A stretch of 39,457 bases of DNA from contig JBLYPX010000001.1 of assembly GCA_048538235.1 (NCBI GenBank), forward strand, positions 745,554-785,010, given 5' to 3'. The stretch is from Candidatus Komeilibacteria bacterium. Its GTDB lineage: Bacteria > Patescibacteriota > Patescibacteriia > UBA1558. The translations under genes were made by a program, and so were the position numbers. Of this stretch, positions 24,321-34,945 are shown piece by piece; the stretch's first letter is position 1; every line of letters begins with the position of its first letter. The notes under the pieces are model-generated. The model was not told where the DNA came from and ran no database searches. It was given only the letters and a program-made list of their open reading frames with translations.

Positions 24321-25460
24321 ATGCTAAGTCAAAAAAACCAAATAACTGAAAAAATTAGACAAGCAAAAAATATACTTTTACTTTCTAAGCAATATTATAG
24401 TGGCGATGACATCGCTACTCTTTTAGCTTGGCATATATTTTTAAATCAATTGGGCAAACACAATGATGTTGTTATTAGTGATTTTGTTTTAAAGGATCAT
24501 TATGGGTTTTTACCAGAAACAAATAACATTAAACCTAATCTACAAAAATTAAAAAAATTTACAATTGCTGTAGACATATCTCAAACAAAGCTAGATGATT
24601 TTAGTTATGATATTAAAGATAGCGAATTGCTTTTATACTTAACTCCTAGTAAAGGATTTGTTAATTACCAAGACGTTAAATTTAAAGATACTAACTTTAA
24701 ATATGATTTAATTATATGTTTAGGTGTACAAGACTATGAAGGTTTAGGAAAGATACACAATGAACATGCAGACTTTTTCTACCAAGTGCCATTAATAAAT
24801 ATAGATAATAATCATCAAAATGAAATGTTTGGTAATATTAATGAGGTGGATATAACAAAGACATCTGTTGCTGAAATGTCATATGATATTATGCAACAAA
24901 TAAATGCTGATGTAATAAATAAAGATATAGCACAATGTTTATTAACTGGTATTATAGACGCTACTAAGAGTTTTAAAACATCTACTGTTAACCCTCAGAC
25001 ACTACACCTGGCTAGTGATTTAATTAACCGGGGTGCAGATAGAAAAGAAATAATAGATAAATTATTTAATACAAAGTCTGTATCAATTCTAAAACTTTGG
25101 GGAAGGGTACTTGCTAGACTAAAAATAGATAATAAATACAAGATAGCGTGGTCTGCAATCAACCAAAATGATTTTATAAGATCTGGTGCTGCAGAAGAAG
25201 ATATGTCAGGTGTTATTGAAGAAATAATAATGACTTCACAAACAACCGAAATAGCTATAATATTCTATGCCCAGGAATACAGCAAGGTTAAAGTATATGT
25301 ATATAGCAGCAAAAGTTTTGATTCCCAGTTCCTAGCTAATGCCTATGAAACAACCGGTAATAAACAACTAGCCTGTTTTACTTTAAACAAACCAATTGAA
25401 GAGGTTGAAGAAGAAGTGATTGGTTCTATTACGAGAAAATTAAATAATTTACTGCCTTAA
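24321..25460 (+). CDS. DHH/NrnA-like phosphoesterase homolog with degenerate motifs
   Basis: NrnA-like organisation (CLLTGIIDATKSF; SILKLWGRVL), but motif I reads SGDDIA and the DHH position reads IDNNH. Confidence 0.75.
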   Translation: MLSQKNQITEKIRQAKNILLLSKQYYSGDDIATLLAWHIFLNQLGKHNDVVISDFVLKDHYGFLPETNNIKPNLQKLKKFTIAVDISQTKLDDFSYDIKDSELLLYLTPSKGFVNYQDVKFKDTNFKYDLIICLGVQDYEGLGKIHNEHADFFYQVPLINIDNNHQNEMFGNINEVDITKTSVAEMSYDIMQQINADVINKDIAQCLLTGIIDATKSFKTSTVNPQTLHLASDLINRGADRKEIIDKLFNTKSVSILKLWGRVLARLKIDNKYKIAWSAINQNDFIRSGAAEEDMSGVIEEIIMTSQTTEIAIIFYAQEYSKVKVYVYSSKSFDSQFLANAYETTGNKQLACFTLNKPIEEVEEEVIGSITRKLNNLLP

Positions 25461-25505
25461 CAAAACAGCTAAAATAATGTAGAATGTTGAGGTGTTAGAC
25501 ATCAT

Positions 25506-25582
25506 GGGTGTATAGCTCAGCCGGTTAGAGCGCGGCTCTTATAAAGCCGAGGTCGATGGTTCAAGTCCATCTACACCCACCA
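25506..25582 (+). tRNA. tRNA-Ile(UAU)
   Basis: Acceptor GGGTGTA/TACACCC-ACCA; anticodon stem CGGCT/AGCCG, loop CT-TAT-AA. Confidence 0.92.
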
Positions 25583-25659
25583 GGGCGGTTAGCTCAGTTG
25601 GTTAGAGCGCCACATTGACATTGTGGAGGTCACAGGTTCAAATCCTGTATCGCCCACCA
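25583..25659 (+). tRNA. tRNA-Val(GAC)
   Basis: Anticodon stem CCACA/TGTGG, loop TT-GAC-AT; encoded CCA. Confidence 0.95.
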
Positions 25660-25721
25660 CTTAGAAAATTCACTTTGTCGTGAATTTTTATTTTACTCAC
25701 ATAACATATATAATATACATA

Positions 25722-26648
25722 ATGACAAAACTTAATTTTACAGTAAATATAGATGAGCCAAAAGTACGTTTGGATGTTTTTTTGCACGAAAATTTAAAAG
25801 ATAGATCCAGATCCTTTATTCAAAAAAATATTAAAGCTGGTAATGTTAAAGTAGATGATAAAGTTGAAAAAACAGTTCACTGTTGGCTTAAAAATAACGA
25901 TACGGTTGAGTGGCGAACCAATGATGTAAAAGAAGTTGTTATTACACCACCAGCTATAGAAAAGGTTGAGGTATTATTTGAATCAGATGAATATATAGTA
26001 ATTAACAAACCAGCAAAACTTTTGGTTCATGCACTGCCAGACAAACCAAACACACCATCTTTAATAGATTGGTTAATAGATAAATACCCACAAACAAGAC
26101 AGTTAGGCGAAAATCCACTAAGACCAGCTCTTGTTCACAGATTAGATAAAGAAGTTTCTGGCTTAATGGTCATACCTTTAACACAAGATATGTTAGATTA
26201 TTTCAAACAACAGTTTAAATTAAGAAAGGTTACTAAAGAATATACTGCACTGGTTTATGGAAACTTTGAAGATGTAGAAGGTGAAATCAATCTTCCCATC
26301 AGTAGATCAAAAAACACTGGTAGAATGGCTGCTCACTCAATTGAACAAGGCGGTAAACCAGCTATTACCAATTTTGAAGTTGTAGAAAGATACACCAACC
26401 ATACATTATTAAAAATACATATTGAAACCGGCAGAACAAATCAAATAAGAGTCCACATGCAAGCCCTTGGACACGCTTTAGTTGGTGACACATTATATAC
26501 AAACAAAAATATTACCAAACCAATAGACTTGGGTAGAGTATTTTTACACGCTAGTTATTTAGAATTTGTTTTACCTTCGGGTGAAAAAGTAAACTACTTT
26601 TCTGAATTGCCAAAAAAATTAATAGATTTATTAAAAACATTAAAATAA
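25722..26648 (+). CDS. rluD: RluA/RluD-family pseudouridine synthase
   Basis: S4 domain, INKPAKL, HRLDKEVSG, TGRTNQIRVH; start moved to ATG 25722. Confidence 0.88.
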   Translation: MTKLNFTVNIDEPKVRLDVFLHENLKDRSRSFIQKNIKAGNVKVDDKVEKTVHCWLKNNDTVEWRTNDVKEVVITPPAIEKVEVLFESDEYIVINKPAKLLVHALPDKPNTPSLIDWLIDKYPQTRQLGENPLRPALVHRLDKEVSGLMVIPLTQDMLDYFKQQFKLRKVTKEYTALVYGNFEDVEGEINLPISRSKNTGRMAAHSIEQGGKPAITNFEVVERYTNHTLLKIHIETGRTNQIRVHMQALGHALVGDTLYTNKNITKPIDLGRVFLHASYLEFVLPSGEKVNYFSELPKKLIDLLKTLK

Positions 26649-26650
26649 TT

Positions 26651-27238
26651 ATGACCAATTCTGAAAAAAGAGTATTAGTTATTGCAGGACCAACCACTGC
26701 TGGAGAAAGCACTATAACAAACAAACTAATTGAACAGTTTCCTAAGTTTAAAAGACTAGTAACTGCTACCACCAGACCACCGCGTCTTAATGAAAAAGAA
26801 AAGATAGACTACTATTTTTTTTCTGAAGAAGAATTTAAAAAACAAATTGAGAATGGCAATATTCTAGAACATACTCAACTTGCTGGAACTGGTATATATT
26901 ATGGAACATATAAGAAAGATTTAGATGAAAAACTAGCAAATGATTATAATATAATAATTAACCCCGACCTTGTTGGTGCTAAATTCTATAAAGAGAAATA
27001 TAATGCGACAACCATATTTATTGACCCAGGCGGTCTTGAAGAAATAGAAAGAAGGTTAAGAAGTAGAGATTCGTCCATATCCGATGAAGATGTTAAAAAA
27101 AGACTTGAATCTGCTAAAAATGAACTAGACAATGAAATGCCACACTATGACTATGTTGTAATGAACAAAAGAGATAAATTAGACCAAGCTGTGCAAGATA
27201 TTATAAATATACTAAAAAAAGAGGGATATAATATATAA
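26651..27238 (+). CDS. gmk: Guanylate kinase homolog with atypical P-loop GPTTAGES
   Basis: TATTRPPRLNEKEKIDYYF and YYGT GMP-binding motifs. Confidence 0.85.
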   Translation: MTNSEKRVLVIAGPTTAGESTITNKLIEQFPKFKRLVTATTRPPRLNEKEKIDYYFFSEEEFKKQIENGNILEHTQLAGTGIYYGTYKKDLDEKLANDYNIIINPDLVGAKFYKEKYNATTIFIDPGGLEEIERRLRSRDSSISDEDVKKRLESAKNELDNEMPHYDYVVMNKRDKLDQAVQDIINILKKEGYNI

Positions 27239-27312
27239 TCAGGAAAAACCCTTGACTTTATTTAGCTTTTCGAGTAAAATATTGAGGCAAATAAATTACT
27301 AATATTAAATAT

Positions 27313-27714
27313 ATGGCTGAAAAAACTGCAAAACAACCAGAAAATGTAGAAGAAAAAACTGCAAAACAGACCCAGTCTGAAGTTTCAAAATACGACCCTA
27401 AATCACTAAATCTAAAACCAGGGCTAACTGTTCGTGTTCATCAAATGATTAAAGAAACAAACGCTAAAGGTGAACTAAAAGAAAGAGTACAGATCTTTGA
27501 AGGTCGCATAATTGCAATGAAGCACGGGCTAGAACCAGGAGCAACCATTACTGTTCGTAAAATCTCTGAAGGTATTGGTGTTGAAAAAATATTCCCACTA
27601 TTCTCACCAAATATAGAAAAGATTGAAATTAAAAAAGAAGCAAAAGTAAGACGCGCTAAACTATATTTCTTAAGAGAATACAAGAAACGTTTAACAGAAA
27701 AACTTCTCGGTTAA
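27313..27714 (+). CDS. rplS: 50S ribosomal protein L19
   Basis: RVQIFEG..TITVRKISEGIGVEKIFPL..VRRAKLYFLR. Confidence 0.97.
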   Translation: MAEKTAKQPENVEEKTAKQTQSEVSKYDPKSLNLKPGLTVRVHQMIKETNAKGELKERVQIFEGRIIAMKHGLEPGATITVRKISEGIGVEKIFPLFSPNIEKIEIKKEAKVRRAKLYFLREYKKRLTEKLLG

Positions 27715-27727
27715 TTCACACCGCTAT

Positions 27728-27817
27728 GCGGATGTGGTGGAATGGTAGACACGCAAGCTTGAGGGGCTTGTGACCAATATATCGGTCGTGGAGGTTCAAA
27801 TCCTCTCATCCGCACCA
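27728..27817 (+). tRNA. tRNA-Leu(GAG)
   Basis: Long variable arm; loop TT-GAG-GG; acceptor GCGGATG/CATCCGC-ACCA. Confidence 0.93.
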
Positions 27818-27843
27818 CCACTAAAACATTGAAATAATATAAT

Positions 27844-27920
27844 GGGCGCTTAGCTCAGCTGGTTAGAGCATCTGGTTTACATCCAGAGGGTCGGGGGTTC
27901 GAATCCCTCAGCGCCCACCA
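27844..27920 (+). tRNA. tRNA-Val(UAC)
   Basis: Loop TT-TAC-AT, stem TCTGG/CCAGA. Confidence 0.95.
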
Positions 27921-27932
27921 TAAAATAAAACT

Positions 27933-28172
27933 ATGAGATTTATTATAGGATTAATATTAATAGGTGTTGGATTCACAATGGTGTGGAAGACTGAAGGTTG
28001 GTTTAGTTTCTTTGGAAGAATAGCTTTTGCTGAAAAATATTTAGGAACAGAAGGTGGTAGTAGGTTATTTTACAAGTTAATCGGAATACTAGGAATACTT
28101 ATTGGTATGTTACTTGTTACTGGTCTTTACGATGACGTAATGGGAACAGCCACTGGTCCACTAGTAAGATAA
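27933..28172 (+). CDS. Small two-TM membrane protein
   Basis: 79 aa with two hydrophobic helices. Confidence 0.7.
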   Translation: MRFIIGLILIGVGFTMVWKTEGWFSFFGRIAFAEKYLGTEGGSRLFYKLIGILGILIGMLLVTGLYDDVMGTATGPLVR

Positions 28173-28179
28173 ATTTTAA

Positions 28180-28256
28180 GGGCCCGTAGCTCAGTTGGCT
28201 AGAGCACCTGCTTTGCAAGCAGGGGGTCGCTGGTTCGAATCCAGTCGGGTCCACCA
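28180..28256 (+). tRNA. tRNA-Ala(UGC)
   Basis: Loop TT-TGC-AA; G3:U70 identity pair present. Confidence 0.96.
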
Positions 28257-28387
28257 AAAAATCATCAACAATTTAGTTGGTGATTTTTTATTTACAAAAA
28301 TATTAAAATAATTATTGTTTAGCTTGTCAAAAAGTTGTATAATATATACATAAAGTTTTTTATACCATTAATGAAGGAGGTGATAAT

Positions 28388-28477
28388 ATGCCAGCAAAAA
28401 AAAGAAAAGTAGCAAAACGTAAACCAGCTAAGAAAGCTGCTAAGAAAAAAGTAGCTAAGAGAAGAAAGAGAAAATAA
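28388..28477 (+). CDS. 29-aa Lys/Arg/Ala-rich protamine- or histone H1-like micropeptide
   Basis: MPAKKRKVAKRKPAKKAAKKKVAKRRKRK*; SD AAGGAGGTGA 4 nt upstream; promoter TTGTTT-17-TATAAT (28315-28343); downstream terminator. Not in the ORF track. Confidence 0.85.
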   Translation: MPAKKRKVAKRKPAKKAAKKKVAKRRKRK

Positions 28478-28501
28478 CTTCAATTCTATCTAGATAGAAT
28501 C

Positions 28502-28528
28502 AAAAATCCCGTTGTTTACGGGATTTTT
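28502..28528. terminator. Terminator between the micropeptide and the convergent endoQ-like gene
   Basis: AAAAATCCCGT/ACGGGATTTTT stem. Confidence 0.85.
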
Positions 28529-28574
28529 GGTTTAAATTCTATAAATCACCACAACACAATTAAAGGTAAAATTA

Positions 28575-29819
28575 TTAAAGTAAGGACTTCTGTACTTCTA
28601 ATTCGTCCTTGGTAAATATTTCTATTTTTCCATACTGTCCATCAAAACCAGGTGTTAATTTTACTTTACCTTTTCTTACCCGCATAATAGCTTCAACAAT
28701 TCCTGAATCACATATTTTTAACAATTCGTCTTTAGATAAATTTAGTAAAACATTAAATTCATCTTTTCCAAACTTAATTATCTCTTCATACATGCTTTGT
28801 ACTTTCTTAGATTGCTTACCAACAGATAGTACGTCAGCAATAATATCCTGCAGTGGAATAAAATTTGTACAATTATATAAACTGTGGATATCTTTTTCAT
28901 CTCTATCCGCTAATTCTTCCACCCTGTACATAACTCCAAGTGTTAAAGGTTTCTTACATTTAGGGCAAATACCTTTATGTTTTTTTGTTTCTTTTGGAGT
29001 AAACGATGTGTTACATTTTCGATGTCCATCATAATGATAGATACCTTCTTCAGGATAAAACTCTAATGTCTTAACAATCTTTTTTGATTTTGGAGTGTTT
29101 ATAGCATTCCTTAATTCATCATAAGTTAATTTATCTAAATCAAACAGAGTTGCGTTACGACCAATGTTTGGCAAACTATGAGAATCTGAACTGGATAATA
29201 AATTTATTCCATCCAGCATAGACAACCTTCTGTTCATGGCTGGACTTGAAGATAATCCAGTCTCCACGGCCTTAACCTCTGACGTTAATTCTTCAAAACA
29301 TTCTTCTAAAGAATCATAGCCAGACTTTGAACCAAACATAGCAAACCATGGTGTCCAAATATGAGCTGGCACAATAAAACCTTTCTTATCTATGGACATA
29401 ACTATCTGTAACACCTCTTTTGAACTCATACCAATAATTGGTCTACCATCAGATTTTAATTTAGCCCCTCTTTGTTCTAATTCTTTATTAAACTTATCTA
29501 CCTTTTCTAAACTAGATAGAAATACACACATATGTATTCTCCTTGTTTTGTCTTTATCTCTATATATTAAAGATAACTCTGTGCTTAAAACAAACAGTAC
29601 GCCGCTATTACTTTTCTTTATTTTGTATAATCCTGACTTGCCTACCTCTTCTAAATCCTGTTTTATTTCTTTTAATCTTTGTGGGTGCGTAAAATCCGCA
29701 ACTGATATTATGTTAATACCTTTTTTCTTAGCCCAAACTTCTATATTACGAAGTGTTAGTTCTTTTGAACATGCCCTGGCATAGCCAGAGTGTATGTGTA
29801 GATCTGCTATTATTTTCAT
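28575..29819 (-). CDS. Endonuclease Q family (PHP domain + Zn finger)
   Basis: ADLHIHS, PAHIWTPW, SSSDSHS, YHYDGHRKC, CPKC..LTLGV. Confidence 0.88.
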   Translation of the reverse strand: MKIIADLHIHSGYARACSKELTLRNIEVWAKKKGINIISVADFTHPQRLKEIKQDLEEVGKSGLYKIKKSNSGVLFVLSTELSLIYRDKDKTRRIHMCVFLSSLEKVDKFNKELEQRGAKLKSDGRPIIGMSSKEVLQIVMSIDKKGFIVPAHIWTPWFAMFGSKSGYDSLEECFEELTSEVKAVETGLSSSPAMNRRLSMLDGINLLSSSDSHSLPNIGRNATLFDLDKLTYDELRNAINTPKSKKIVKTLEFYPEEGIYHYDGHRKCNTSFTPKETKKHKGICPKCKKPLTLGVMYRVEELADRDEKDIHSLYNCTNFIPLQDIIADVLSVGKQSKKVQSMYEEIIKFGKDEFNVLLNLSKDELLKICDSGIVEAIMRVRKGKVKLTPGFDGQYGKIEIFTKDELEVQKSLL

Positions 29820-29844
29820 AAAAACAGTTTAGCATTATTTAAGA

Positions 29845-29876
29845 AAAGAAAAAAGCGCTCCAAAAAGGAACGCTTT
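29845..29876 (-). terminator. rRNA operon terminator
   Basis: Minus strand GCGTTCC/GGAGCGC stem followed by a long T-run. Confidence 0.75.
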
Positions 29877-29885
29877 CTTCATAAA

Positions 29886-29999
29886 ACCGGCAATGACCTA
29901 CTTTCCCACACCACAGGGGCAAGTATCATCGGCGCTGAAGGGCTTAACTACCGAGTTCGAAATGGGATCGGGTATTTCCCCTTCGCAAGAATCACCGGA
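29886..29999 (-). rRNA. rrf: 5S rRNA (ends approximate)
   Basis: CCCGATCCCATTTCGAACTCGG..GTTAAGC..GCGCCGATG..GTAGGTCATTGCCGG. Confidence 0.93.
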
Positions 30000-30178
30000 A
30001 GTTAATTAACAATATATTATTAACTAACTACCAGCGATTATATTATAGGAAATACGATGAAACTAGCACATATGATGGCTATTAAGAAAATAAACACCAT
30101 TACAAGCTTTATACTGCCTGTAGAAGGTAACATAACTTATACTTTTAGTTATTTTATTTAACCTAAACAAAATAATTA

Positions 30179-33302
<3,124 letters not shown>

Positions 33303-33374
33303 CAAATATTTTGGCTAGGTTACTAAAAGTAGCACATTTATTTTTATTACAAATGCTCGTTATGTTACCTATGC

Positions 33375-33389
33375 AATTATCAATGATCA
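33375..33389 (-). promoter_or_regulatory. boxA-like antitermination element upstream of 23S
   Basis: TGATCATTGATAATT resembles the rrn boxA TGxTCTTTGAxAA. Confidence 0.5.
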
Positions 33390-33399
33390 TTTTAGGAAC

Positions 33400-33423
33400 A
33401 AAAAACCGCTTGGTACCAAGCGG
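33400..33423 (-). terminator. Intrinsic terminator-like hairpin inside the rRNA leader
   Basis: CCGCTTG-GTAC-CAAGCGG followed by U6. Confidence 0.6.
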
Positions 33424-33451
33424 AGTTACGCGTAGGAGAAAATCCTTGAGC

Positions 33452-33493
33452 TTAACTGCTTGGCTTGTTATGAATTAACTTAAATTTATTCAT
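33452..33493 (-). CDS. 13-aa uORF in the 23S rRNA leader (candidate)
   Basis: MNKFKLIHNKPSS*; AGGA 7 nt upstream of the ATG; last codons overlap the putative antiterminator arm. Confidence 0.4.
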   Translation of the reverse strand: MNKFKLIHNKPSS

Positions 33494-33566
33494 ACTGATT
33501 TCCTATCCTAAAATTCTTAATTTTAGCTATTTTTAGGCTGTTGATAACCTTTCCAATAGCACATAC

Positions 33567-33595
33567 ATAATATATTAATTTATAAAGAATGTCAA
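33567..33595 (-). promoter_or_regulatory. Promoter of the 23S-5S unit
   Basis: TTGACA-17-TATTAT. Confidence 0.8.
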
Positions 33596-33623
33596 GAGAT
33601 TATGGGGTAATTTAAAGAAAACC

Positions 33624-33652
33624 TTGACAAAATATGAAAAATAGGATATTAT
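33624..33652 (+). promoter_or_regulatory. Divergent promoter for the lipoprotein gene
   Basis: TTGACA-17-TATTAT. Confidence 0.75.
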
Positions 33653-33749
33653 AGGCTATTACATAATATGATTTTGTGTAATAATAAAGAACGGGAGGGA
33701 GTTTAATTTCGCCCCTTAACAACAAAAACATAGAAAAAGGAGAAAGACC

Positions 33750-34775
33750 ATGAAGAATTTCATGAAGTTTCTGATGATCGCAATTCTGACCGTCATGGTT
33801 ATGGTCAGCTGCGATAATGGGCCAACTGGTCCAACTGACAAACCTGACGAAACCATGGGCAAGCTCATTCTCGTTCCTTTGGGAAATGATGCTTTATCAA
33901 AAGTTTACGTCGGCGAAGATGGCAACAAATATCTGCCGCGCGAGGCTGCTGTAGACAATTTGAGAAAAATGGGTCGTCTTGCAGTGCGTTTGGAAGATGT
34001 TAACAAACAAAGTCTTGCCAAAATTGCATCTGCAATGATCGATTATGGTGAAGTGCTCAATACACGTATTTTGCAGTACGTGATCATGAATGTCGGCAAC
34101 CAAGACATTTTTGATATCGACTTCACAGCTAACGATCTAGTTATTTTCCCTGGTGCAATTAGCCTTATCCAGGCTTCAGAACAGGGAACGGAGGTTACCG
34201 CTCTGCCAATTGTTAACATTGCAAAAGAGCACGTCACGCCGATATCTGGTGTAGGAAGTTTGCTAGATATGACAGTAGGAGGCTTTACTGACACTCTTAC
34301 TCTCTCATACAAATACACAACTGGAAACGATACTGTCGTTGTTGAAGATGCGTATAATGTAGCTGGTTCAACAATGGGAGCCATTATTGACGTTATGCTC
34401 TCTGGAACAAGTTTTTCAGAGCACTCATTCAATGAAACCCCAAATACTCACGTAACCGGTAATGACTGGAGTAGTTGGCCTATACAGGTTATGTGGCCAT
34501 TCTACTCTGAGGATATGGACACAACCGTAATCAGTAATAATGGTAATGCACCAATGCGAATTAGAGTTGTGAGTCTATCCACCTCTACAGCTCTTATTGA
34601 TACTATTCTAGGTGAGTATTCCGAAGTTGATGTAAGCGGTTTGCTAGCACCAAATGATACCGATTCTACTGGCAACACCGTACTTATTGGAGATACGAGG
34701 AACCAACCTTATATCTTCAACTTCGGCGACCGATTAGAAAAGGATGGATATTTGGGCGTTATGTTTGCCAACTAA
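33750..34775 (+). CDS. Putative lipoprotein of unknown function, compositionally atypical
   Basis: Signal II with lipobox MVS-C; SD AAAGGAGA; GC-richer than its neighbours. Confidence 0.8.
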   Translation: MKNFMKFLMIAILTVMVMVSCDNGPTGPTDKPDETMGKLILVPLGNDALSKVYVGEDGNKYLPREAAVDNLRKMGRLAVRLEDVNKQSLAKIASAMIDYGEVLNTRILQYVIMNVGNQDIFDIDFTANDLVIFPGAISLIQASEQGTEVTALPIVNIAKEHVTPISGVGSLLDMTVGGFTDTLTLSYKYTTGNDTVVVEDAYNVAGSTMGAIIDVMLSGTSFSEHSFNETPNTHVTGNDWSSWPIQVMWPFYSEDMDTTVISNNGNAPMRIRVVSLSTSTALIDTILGEYSEVDVSGLLAPNDTDSTGNTVLIGDTRNQPYIFNFGDRLEKDGYLGVMFAN

Positions 34776-34786
34776 CCAAAAACCCC

Positions 34787-34819
34787 AACACCCTAAATCA
34801 AACAACGATTTAGGGTGTT
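34787..34819 (+). terminator. Lipoprotein gene terminator
   Basis: 13-bp stem AACACCCTAAATC/GATTTAGGGTGTT plus T-rich tail. Confidence 0.8.
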
Positions 34820-34860
34820 TTCTTTTTATAAACAAAAAAACACACCTTAAGTGTGTTTTA

Positions 34861-34945
34861 TGGTGCCGGGGACAGGACTTGAACCTGCACGCCTTGCGAC
34901 ACGTGGTCCTAAACCACGCGTGTCTACCAATTCCACCACCCCGGC
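34861..34945 (-). tRNA. tRNA-Leu(UAG)
   Basis: Loop TT-TAG-GA, stem CGTGG/CCACG, long variable arm. Confidence 0.95.

Noticed and set aside
1698-25721. Longer upstream starts in the ORF track for lexA, heparinase-like, smc, 21305, DHH and rluD
   Set aside because: The extensions overlap promoters, terminators or neighbouring genes; family N-terminal motifs begin at downstream ATGs
27815-27820. CCACCA tandem after tRNA-Leu(GAG) as an encoded degradation tag
   Set aside because: CCACCA tagging is post-transcriptional and needs G1-G2; this tRNA starts G-C, so the second CCA is probably trailer sequence
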